Below, one piece after another: positions 40,354 through 48,191 of a stretch of 64,000 nt of DNA. The notes under the pieces were generated by a model. That model did not search any database and had not been told where the DNA came from. It saw only the letters and a program-made list of their open reading frames with translations. This DNA comes from Gammaproteobacteria bacterium (GTDB lineage Bacteria; Pseudomonadota; Gammaproteobacteria; JBCCGL01), in contig OZ255836.1 of assembly GCA_965277715.1 (NCBI GenBank), positions 4,192,001-4,256,000 on the forward strand, given 5' to 3'. Every line of letters starts with the position of its first letter. Position 1 is the first letter of the stretch. A program made the translations under genes and the position numbers.

Positions 40354-41241
40354 ATGCAACAGCACAGATATGGGTTTGGTGTTTTACTGGTGGTCGTTGG
40401 CGGGGTGTTTCTCAGCACAAATGGCATCGTATTGCGCAATATGGAGCAGGCCAGTGGCTGGCAGATTCTTTTCTATCGTGGCCTGGCATTTTCGATAACG
40501 CTGTTTCTGATTTTACTGTTTCGCTACCGGGCGGGCATAGTGGGTGCGTTTCGCGCCATCGGTCAGCGTGGGATATGGGCGGGGGTGGTACTTGGCTTAG
40601 GGTCGTGCTGCTATGTGTTTGCCCTGTTGTTTACCACAATTGCGAATGCGGTGTTTATTATTGGTGCCGCCCCATTGGCGACAGCCTTTGTCGCCTGGTT
40701 GGTATTGGGTGAGCGCACATCGGTGAGTGGGGTTATCGCGATGCTGGTGTCACTGGGCGGCATAGGTTTGATGTTTGTCGATGGATTGATTGCCGGTCGT
40801 TGGTTTGGCAATGTGATGGCGCTGTTGGTGGTGGCATCGTTTGTTATTTACCTGCTGATTCTGCGCGGTAAGCGCGACACCGATATGTTGCCGGCAACCT
40901 GTATTGGTGGTGTCGTTATGGCGGTGGCGGGGCTGCTCGGTGCACAGCATCTGTTGGTATCGACGCACGATTTACTGCTTGCGGTGATGATGGGTTGTGT
41001 GCAGTTTCTGGTGGGTTTTATGTGTTTCACTATTGCCACGCGCTACATTCTTGCTGCCGAGGTGGCTTTGTTTGCCCTCACTGAATCAATACTGGCGCCT
41101 ATTTGGGTCTGGGTGGGGATAGGGGAAACACCCAGTGTGCTAACGCTGACAGGGAGTGCGATTGTGCTGGTATCGGTTGTCGCTTACTGTGTAATGGAAA
41201 TTGCCAGGCAGCGGCGCGCTGTGGATCCGGTCACAACGTGA
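40354..41241 (+). CDS. DMT/EamA-family transporter
   Basis: About 10 TM, duplicated EamA pattern, ESILAPIWVW..GETP. Confidence 0.88.
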   Translation: MQQHRYGFGVLLVVVGGVFLSTNGIVLRNMEQASGWQILFYRGLAFSITLFLILLFRYRAGIVGAFRAIGQRGIWAGVVLGLGSCCYVFALLFTTIANAVFIIGAAPLATAFVAWLVLGERTSVSGVIAMLVSLGGIGLMFVDGLIAGRWFGNVMALLVVASFVIYLLILRGKRDTDMLPATCIGGVVMAVAGLLGAQHLLVSTHDLLLAVMMGCVQFLVGFMCFTIATRYILAAEVALFALTESILAPIWVWVGIGETPSVLTLTGSAIVLVSVVAYCVMEIARQRRAVDPVTT

Positions 41242-41353
41242 TGTGGCTCCCTCTCTGAGGGAAGTAGTGGTATTGGGTTTTGTGGTTTCGCTTAGTGACT
41301 TGCTCAAGCAAGCGGGAGAGAGGGGTTTTTGCTTGATTAATATTTACCTGCAT
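41231..41353 (-). pseudogene. Phd/YefM antitoxin N-terminal remnant
   Basis: MQVNINQAKTPLSRLLEQV matches the Phd N-terminus, then the sequence diverges. Confidence 0.6.
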
Positions 41354-41519
41354 AACCCATGAAGATGTGTACCAGGCGGATGAGGTGTTTGTCATCAGTA
41401 CCGCTGGTGGTGTTATGTCGGTGTGCAAGGTTGATAATCAACTGCTATCTGGTGGTACTGTTGGCGTGTTAACAAGTCAGCTATCAGTACTGGGCACTGC
41501 ACGCATTGACGGAATATAG
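41352..41519 (+). pseudogene. C-terminal fragment of a class IV (IlvE/Dat) aminotransferase
   Basis: ITHEDVYQADEVFVISTAGGVMSVCKVD matches the class IV C-terminal motif; no N-terminal part. Confidence 0.7.
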
Positions 41520-41848
41520 ATGCGATATTGAATACTAAAAAATACAGTTCTGCGGTTTATATGAATGTAGTGCCATTTTACATTTATGGTGATTTTGGTG
41601 TTGCTATTGGAGGTGGAATGAAATTGGATGTAGGCTGGTAAACAACAGACGATTGTGCTGTTTCGGTCTTCTTACATCCATAGTATCAAAGTGCTACCCT
41701 ATTTTGAAATGCCTGCCTGTTTAAAGATCGTGGAAGCTGAGCCATCCCAGCGTTTGGACACCTTGTTATTACTGTTGGATCAGGGAGAAGCGTGTTCTAT
41801 TGAATTAGCTGTAAGCAGAGAAATTCCTATCATTATTGATGAACGTAA

Positions 41849-42638
41849 GGAACGTGCACGAAACAAATTCCGGGATTCATCAATGCATCGATTCACCTTA
41901 TAGTTGAGTTGGCTAAGCGTGTTATTAATACATAGCGCACTATTTAAATAACATTATAAAAGTGGAAATTATTTTGTGTACGTTCCATAACACCCTACAC
42001 TGCCTACATAGAAAAAGAGTAGACATTAGCTCACCTTTTATTAATCTTTGTATTTATTCGTGGTGCTATAGGGGTTTCGTTCGCGAAGCGTAAGTATCTT
42101 TCTCCACTGTATACAGTGCGAACGAGTTACTTTTTGCTAGCGCACAAAAAGGAACCAAAAATGCGCTTTCGGTGTTCAGTTTGAATTGATAGGCCAGTGG
42201 GGCGTGCGTTTAGCTTTGGTTTTCTTTTTTGCTGCGTTCATCACGCCCACGAGATCCGGGCAGCTTATTGGCTGGCATTGTTCCCTGCGCCATAAGTGAA
42301 TTGGGCCTTTTTATTCATACCATTACCATGTGATCGGGGAAGTCAGTTAGGATTGGTTTATTAGAAAAATACGGAAATAACAGATCGACATAAGCCGGAA
42401 CTGCTGAGGGGGAGGTTCCCGCGGCCTACTCACCTGGGCGTAGACAAAAAGTAACTCGCTCGCTCTGTAAAGAGTAAATAAAAACACCAAGGTATCGCGA
42501 GAGAAACCCCATAACCCCCCAGGGAAATTGCACTACAACACCATGTATACTCTATGTGTTAATAACACGCTCAGCTAACTCAAAGATAAGGTAGATTGGT
42601 CCGCTTACGAATCCCGGAAGTTATTTCGTGCACGTTCC
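41849..42638. mobile_element. Non-autonomous composite element (two inverted family C MITEs plus non-coding cargo)
   Basis: About 85-bp imperfect terminal inverted repeats starting GGAACGTGCACGAAA; TAA duplication at 41846-48 and 42639-41; no transposase. Confidence 0.9.
42071..42510. mobile_element. Nested 440-bp inverted-repeat element
   Basis: Ends GGGGTTTCGTTCGCGA / TCGCGAGAGAAACCCC, subterminal CGAGTTACTTTTTG / CAAAAAGTAACTCG, flanked ATA/ATA. Confidence 0.7.
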
Positions 42639-43004
42639 TAAGGGGCGGCAAATTGCAAAGAAAATGGGGGTGCAGGTCATAGGTTTTGTTGGTTTATTAA
42701 TACAGGCAGTGCGTAGGGAAATTCTTGATAAGCAAAGCGCGGTAGAGAACAGTTTATATTTGTCAGTATCATTGCGTCGAGAGGTACAGGAAGTGCTGGA
42801 AAGTTTTTAAGTTGAATGGATACTGTTCAAGTGGTGTTTTTTTTACCTATCCTGCAAGGTTAAAAATACCGATATACCCGAAAGCGACGGGTATGGCTTT
42901 GTTGTCGTTATCGCTACGCCTGGTGGTTGGTATAAGGTCAGTCAGTATTCAAAAGGTGAAGGGTAAAAAATGAAAGGATACTGTCTCTTTATAATTTGGT
43001 GTGG

Positions 43005-43841
43005 TTAGAAGTAGTGTGTCCTGGGGCTTAATGGTGTGCCACGTTGGGTACATTCTTGTGTAGGTAGTATGTCCATGCTTGGCCATAGTCCGGTTAATAG
43101 GCTGTCTGCGTAGGCGTTGCTTAAACCGGCGCTGGCCATTGCATTGTTTGCCTCTAATGCATCAACGTTGACGGCCAGGTGGTCAATGCGGATTTGGTTT
43201 TTATCTTGTTGCCATATTGAATACCAGCCACGCTGGGTGCCGTCATTGGCGGGCATACCAATGACACCGGGGTTGTGCCAGAGCTTGTCATTAATCTGTT
43301 GCGTAAATGGCAGGCCACAATGGCCGCCAATGACACCATCAGTGCCCGCGAGTGCAAGTTCGTCGTGTTTGGTGTGATGATCTGTCGAGGCAAAAACAAA
43401 TTGGTTGATGCGGCTGACGCTGCCGTGTATCACGGCAAAGTGCCTCCCGGCGTAGCTGAAGTTAATGCGTTTTGGCAGGGTGCGCATCCATGTGCGGTGT
43501 GCTGTTTCGACATGGTGGTTGGTGTAGTTGTACCAGGTATTAGACAATATATCGCAGGCGCTACCCGTAGCAAAACCACAACCACAATCATCGGTGCTCC
43601 AGCCAATCGATTCCTCACAGTTACCCATTAGCACGGTGACACCCCAGTCGCGCAGTGCTTTGATGGTTTCATTGGGTTGTGCGCAGTAAGCGACAACATC
43701 GCCGGTACAAATGATGTTTTTTGCAGTAATACCCCGTTTTGTCGTTTCTGAGTGAATGGCCTGCGTGGCGTGTAAATTGCTGTAAGGGCCGCCAAAGAAT
43801 ACGAGTGGGCCTTCAAGGTTACCGAGGTCGAGTGTGTTCAT
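43005..43841 (-). CDS. Calcineurin-like metallophosphoesterase
   Basis: GGPYSNL, TGDVVAY, GNCE, IHG, GHCG and NPGVIG motifs. Confidence 0.85.
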   Translation of the reverse strand: MNTLDLGNLEGPLVFFGGPYSNLHATQAIHSETTKRGITAKNIICTGDVVAYCAQPNETIKALRDWGVTVLMGNCEESIGWSTDDCGCGFATGSACDILSNTWYNYTNHHVETAHRTWMRTLPKRINFSYAGRHFAVIHGSVSRINQFVFASTDHHTKHDELALAGTDGVIGGHCGLPFTQQINDKLWHNPGVIGMPANDGTQRGWYSIWQQDKNQIRIDHLAVNVDALEANNAMASAGLSNAYADSLLTGLWPSMDILPTQECTQRGTPLSPRTHYF

Positions 43842-44045
43842 AAACGCATATTTTTTTGAAAAAAACCTAAACGGTTATTGCTAATTAAGTGTTGTTTGGT
43901 ACGGGAACAACAGCCAAATAACGATGAATTCCTATCGGCTACAAACACCTGTGTAGACTTAGACATCAGATTGACGCGCCTGCTAAATACTCTACCATGC
44001 GCATGGATGTGCGCATATTGCAAAGGAACAAGCTCTGAGACATGA

Positions 44046-44222
44046 ACCTGAATTCCGCAGTTGAATCTACTGCGAGCACCTGATGCACAGAATCTAAAGC
44101 GCTTTAACCCGCATTTCAGCTTCACCTGTAGAATGACGACAGGATGGCTAAAATGCTGGTAAAAACACTTCATCTTCAGCACCTTAGACGCTCTCGCTAC
44201 GATTCAACTGCGGAATTTAGGA
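44046..44222. mobile_element. MITE family A, longest (177-bp) copy
   Basis: TIRs ACCTGAATTCCGCAGTTGAATC / GATTCAACTGCGGAATTTAGGA; internal hairpin; flanks TGA/TTA. Confidence 0.88.
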
Positions 44223-44256
44223 TTATTTAGATTGAAAAATATAGTAAGAATGTTGT

Positions 44257-45255
44257 CTACGTTTTTGGTGTATTTTGTACTGAATATTTATTCTTTTTAT
44301 CCCGCCACTGCCGAATGCGGTCTTCATCTGATAGTGCCTCACTTTTTTGACTGGAAGCAGTGGGTGTTTGTAGCCTGGGAAGCTGATCCTCTAAGAAATC
44401 ACTTACATCCATGAGTAATTTTGACGAGGTAATATCATCCTTTAACCACTGGTCAGACTGTTCTTTGGCAAGGAATCGGCGCATCTCCTGTTTGAATTTA
44501 CGGTGTGTTTCCGTACTGGCCAGGTCATTAATGCGGGTATTTAGGCGGTCGATCAATGGCTTTATGTCACCACCGTCAATCAGGTGGTAATCTGCCGCTT
44601 TACTGCGCACCCAGCCGTGATGCAGGTCGATTCCCTTGTCTCTTAACCACTTAATATCCCAAATATCCCGTGCTTTTATGTATCTGCGACCGGCAATTGC
44701 AATGACTTTATCAGCCAGGATTTCTCTTTCAGACGATACGTTCAGCACTACCGCTCCAGCCCCAAACTGAGAATAGAGGCTATTGATCATTCGCGGTCTT
44801 GCGTCATAGGCAGGAATGTCAGCGATCTCAATATGAAGCTTCTGATTTCGTGTGCCCTCTTTTTCGATTTCAATGGTTGCGATCCAGCGATGAACAGCTA
44901 CTGATTTTGCAGTGGTGCGTTCATTCATAGACCGCTTGGGATCAGAGACCCGAACGCTTAGCGCAAACTTTTCGGCCAGCGATGCCTTTAATGTCTCTTT
45001 GAAGTGCTCAAAGTGTGTCGGATTCAGTGGCATATTACGGACAAAATTCAGGTCTTCGCTGTATCGTTGGTTGCCATAGCACAAGCGCAATGCGGTTCCA
45101 CCCTGAAGTACCAGTGACTTCCCCAGCTCGGATTTTTGCAAGGCCAGCAAAATATTGGCATGAAGTACTTCTTTTAAGATGGTGTCCTTAAGGCGGTTTT
45201 GCCCGGCTGCCAGTCGATCGGCGATAATTATCAGATCCTCAAATGACTTTTTCAT
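44257..45255 (-). CDS. abiEii: AbiEii/AbiGii nucleotidyltransferase toxin (type IV TA)
   Basis: LQGGTALRLCYG..RYSEDLNF, EILADK and KARDIWD motifs; ATG at 45255 overlaps the antitoxin end. Confidence 0.88.
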   Translation of the reverse strand: MKKSFEDLIIIADRLAAGQNRLKDTILKEVLHANILLALQKSELGKSLVLQGGTALRLCYGNQRYSEDLNFVRNMPLNPTHFEHFKETLKASLAEKFALSVRVSDPKRSMNERTTAKSVAVHRWIATIEIEKEGTRNQKLHIEIADIPAYDARPRMINSLYSQFGAGAVVLNVSSEREILADKVIAIAGRRYIKARDIWDIKWLRDKGIDLHHGWVRSKAADYHLIDGGDIKPLIDRLNTRINDLASTETHRKFKQEMRRFLAKEQSDQWLKDDITSSKLLMDVSDFLEDQLPRLQTPTASSQKSEALSDEDRIRQWRDKKNKYSVQNTPKT

Positions 45256-45799
45256 AGATTGCCTTCTTTGCCTGTTTGCCAACAAGATGGCTTGCCTCTC
45301 GATTGCTTTTCATCAAGTCCCTTAATGCCAGCTCAGCATCTGCCATCAATAGACCTGTTTCGTTATCGATAGTCGTATGATCGAGAATAAATGCCATGGG
45401 TCTTTTTGTATGGGTAAACTCAACGGTTCCGTAGGGCGTTTTAAATGTCTGAGAGCTCCCGTTGGTCATTAGCGATAAGTAATTTAACGGTATCTGTGAA
45501 ATCACCCCTAACTGGCTTAGGCGTGATTCCTGAGATAAGTAGCTAATGTTTCCAGGCTTCAACCAGTGAACCAGTGCAGGTAACTTATCCGCAGGCGCAC
45601 AACGCGCCTTCTCATTTGCGTATAGCCCTCTTTTGATTTGTATCAGCAAGCCAGATTTTACGTGGCGCCGGAGGCTCATTTTCAATGAATCTTTAGACTC
45701 CACCGGAAAAAGAACGCGAAAGGTCGCCAGGGTAAACAGCCATAGATGGTTTTCCCGATCCTGCTTATATAATACTGTCAGTAATGCTGCTGCCTTCAT
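45239..45799 (-). CDS. abiEi: AbiEi-type antitoxin
   Basis: wHTH-like N-terminus, RGLYAN, SYLSQES.LS..GVISQIP and TPYGTVEFTH motifs; upstream of the toxin. Confidence 0.85.
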   Translation of the reverse strand: MKAAALLTVLYKQDRENHLWLFTLATFRVLFPVESKDSLKMSLRRHVKSGLLIQIKRGLYANEKARCAPADKLPALVHWLKPGNISYLSQESRLSQLGVISQIPLNYLSLMTNGSSQTFKTPYGTVEFTHTKRPMAFILDHTTIDNETGLLMADAELALRDLMKSNREASHLVGKQAKKAIYEKVI

Positions 45800-45811
45800 T
45801 TGGGTGCCCAG

Positions 45812-45845
45812 GGGTCTGTCGGGTTCAGGGTTACTCTACAGAGGA
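45812..45845. mobile_element. Degenerate single end of MITE family B in the abiE leader
   Basis: GGGTCTGTCGGGTTCAGGGTTACTCTACAGAGGA resembles GAGCCTGTCGGATTCAGGACTGCTCTATTGCGGA (51561). Confidence 0.55.
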
Positions 45846-45902
45846 TGGTTGATACATTTGTGAATGTAGAAATGCCTATTCTTAGCAATCTATAAAAAAT
45901 AT

Positions 45903-45964
45903 ATGTCTATACTAAAGGTACTAAAAAATACCTTTACTATAGACATGTAGGTATAAAAGGGCAA
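45903..45964 (-). promoter_or_regulatory. abiE promoter with an 18-bp inverted-repeat operator
   Basis: ATGTCTATACTAAAGGTA-N8-TACCTTTACTATAGACAT (1 mismatch); minus-strand TTGCCC-N17-TATAGT with the -10 inside one arm. AbiEi autoregulation via promoter IRs is established. Confidence 0.8.
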
Positions 45965-46009
45965 ATAGTCAACCTTGTCCAGATTGATAATGAAAAGCTG
46001 AAAGCTATG

Positions 46010-46100
46010 GTTAAACACCTAAGTTAAACACCTAAGTTAAACACCTAAGTTAAACACCTAAGTTAAACACCTAAGTTAAACACCTAAGTTAAACACTTAA
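46010..46100. repeat. Tandem repeat, 7 x 13 bp (GTTAAACACCTAA)
   Basis: Six perfect copies plus one variant (GTTAAACACTTAA), no spacers. Confidence 0.97.
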
Positions 46101-46467
46101 TACGATACTCCTGTTTCCCCTACGCCTCTGGATACCATTCCATACCAACGAGACGGAGCTTTGATATTTACTTTAAGGCAGGCGCTGTTTCAGAATACGG
46201 ATATTGCAGGCCTGCTGGCAAGAAAGCGGTGATTAATTTTAGGATAATTACTCGATCTGGACTATCGCATCGGGGTTGTTGTAGTAATCAATGTACTTGG
46301 GGGCGTGGCCGAATCGACCATAACTATTACAGGGCGTTTAGTTTTTCCTTGTTCCATTGAAAAACCAATATCAGGGCGCTATATATCTGCCCGGTTTTTT
46401 TTGAGCTTACGCCAGATATGGCATTCAACCACAATAAATAAACGATCAATCAACAAGGTTGTTAACG

Positions 46468-47445
46468 ATGATTCAAGTACAAAATATAAGTAAAGCATTT
46501 GGCGGGTTTGTCGCTGTCGATGCGCTTTCCTTTCAGGTGTCACCGGGTGAGGTGCTGGGGTTTCTCGGCCCGAATGGGGCGGGTAAATCCACTACCATGA
46601 AGATGATCAGCGGTTTTCTTAAACAGGATGCCGGGTCGATCAGCGTGTTTGGCCACGATGTGCAAAGCGCCCCGCTGGAAACGAAAAAGCTGATCGGCTA
46701 CCTGCCTGAAGGCGCCCCCGCCTGGGGAGAGATGACCACCTCGGCATTTCTCAGTTTTATCGCCGATATTCGCGGTTTGCGGGGTGATGAGAAACAGTGG
46801 CGTACCGCAGCGGTAATCGACCAGCTCGAACTACACAGCGTGCTGGGCCGCCCTGTCGATGACTTATCGAAGGGGTTTAAACGCCGTGTTGGCATCGCCC
46901 AGGCGATCATTCACGACCCTAAAGTACTGATTCTCGATGAGCCGACCGACGGCCTCGACCCCAATCAAAAACACCAGGTGCGCGAGTTGATCCGCAATCT
47001 GGCGACCGACAAGATCGTGATCGTCTCGACGCATATCCTCGAAGAGGTGCACGCGGTGTGTTCACGCGCCCTGATTATTGCCGATGGCAAACTGGTCGCC
47101 GATAACACCCCCGCCGAGCTTGAACTGCAATCGCGCTACCACAACGCGATCACGCTGGAGTTGGCGCCGGACAGCCAGATGGATGTGGCCAGCGCTCTCG
47201 GCGGTTTACCAGGTGTCGATAAGGTTGAGAGGAACGCCTTGCAGCGCAACCGCTTTACTGTTTTTCCAAGCCAGGGCCAGGCAATTTACGCCACCGTCAA
47301 CGAGCAGGTGCAAAACAACGGCTGGCCTGTGCGCGCACTGTATACCGAGCGTGGTCGGCTCGATGATGTGTTCCGGCAGATTACCCAGCAACCCATTGCG
47401 CCACAACAGGGCACTCACCAACAATCGGGAGCGGCAGCGCAATGA
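46468..47445 (+). CDS. ABC-2 transporter ATP-binding protein (GldA-like)
   Basis: GPNGAGKST, LSKGFKRR and LILDEPT motifs. Confidence 0.93.
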   Translation: MIQVQNISKAFGGFVAVDALSFQVSPGEVLGFLGPNGAGKSTTMKMISGFLKQDAGSISVFGHDVQSAPLETKKLIGYLPEGAPAWGEMTTSAFLSFIADIRGLRGDEKQWRTAAVIDQLELHSVLGRPVDDLSKGFKRRVGIAQAIIHDPKVLILDEPTDGLDPNQKHQVRELIRNLATDKIVIVSTHILEEVHAVCSRALIIADGKLVADNTPAELELQSRYHNAITLELAPDSQMDVASALGGLPGVDKVERNALQRNRFTVFPSQGQAIYATVNEQVQNNGWPVRALYTERGRLDDVFRQITQQPIAPQQGTHQQSGAAAQ

Positions 47446-48173
47446 GTATCACTACCACTATCCTCAAGCGTGAGCTATGCAGTTATTTCGCAACGCCACT
47501 GGCGTATGTGTTTATTGTGATTTTTTTGATGTTGTCGGGTTTGGTCACCTTCGCTATCGGTGGTTTTTACGAGCGTGGCCAGGCCGATTTGCAATCCTTC
47601 TTTACCTTTCACCCTTGGCTGTATCTGTTTTTAGTACCGGCAGTGGCGATGCGTTTGTGGGCTGAGGAGCGCAAATCGGGCACCATTGAATTACTGCTGA
47701 CGCTGCCAGTGACCTTGCAGCAGGCGGTGATGGGCAAATTTTTGGCCGCCTGGTTGTTTGTGGGTATTGCCCTGGTGCTGACGTTCCCACTGTGGGTAAC
47801 GGTTAATTACCTCGGCAGCCCAGACAATGGGGTTATCCTCGCCGCCTATATTGGCAGTTGGCTAATGGCGGGGGCCTTTCTGGCGGTGGGGTCGTGTATG
47901 TCCGCCGCCACTGGCAATCAGGTGATCGCCTTCATCCTCACCATTGTGGTGTGTTTCCTGTTTGTCGTTTCCGGGTTTGGCCTGATCCTCGATTCGTTTC
48001 AGGGGTGGGCACCGTTGCAGGTGGTGGATGCGGTGGCCAGCCTGAGTTTTACCAGTCACTTTGCGGCGATTAGCCGGGGAGTGCTGGATCTGCGCGATGT
48101 ACTGTATTTCGCCATTATGATTGTCGCCTGGCTGTTTGCCACGGCGGTGGTAATCGACATCAAAAAAGCGTAA
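47442..48173 (+). CDS. ABC-2 permease (GldF-like)
   Basis: ELCSYFATPLAY and AMRLWAEERKSGTIELL motifs. Confidence 0.9.
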   Translation: MSITTTILKRELCSYFATPLAYVFIVIFLMLSGLVTFAIGGFYERGQADLQSFFTFHPWLYLFLVPAVAMRLWAEERKSGTIELLLTLPVTLQQAVMGKFLAAWLFVGIALVLTFPLWVTVNYLGSPDNGVILAAYIGSWLMAGAFLAVGSCMSAATGNQVIAFILTIVVCFLFVVSGFGLILDSFQGWAPLQVVDAVASLSFTSHFAAISRGVLDLRDVLYFAIMIVAWLFATAVVIDIKKA

Positions 48174-48191
48174 TTGCGAAGGGATAACAAA

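Larger units (their letters stand above)
41655..42810 (+). pseudogene. DUF3368 PIN-domain gene split by a 790-bp insertion
   Basis: LDQGEACSIELA..IIIDERK | GRQIAKKMGVQVIGFVGLL rejoins in frame after removing 41849-42641; the N-terminal PIN motif is also missing. Confidence 0.85.

Noticed and set aside
41849-42638. Group I/II intron or autonomous IS
   Set aside because: It has TIRs and a 3-bp duplication, no GUGYG start or domain V seen, and no transposase/RT ORF.
43838-44182. 114-aa ORF upstream of the metallophosphoesterase
   Set aside because: It starts within MITE family A and is probably a spurious frame.
46010-46100. Possible CRISPR array
   Set aside because: The 13-bp units are directly adjacent with no spacers, and no cas genes are in the window.
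46245-46325. Coding-like minus-strand fragment (YGRFGHAPKYIDYYNNPDAIVQIE*)
   Set aside because: Too short to assign by eye.
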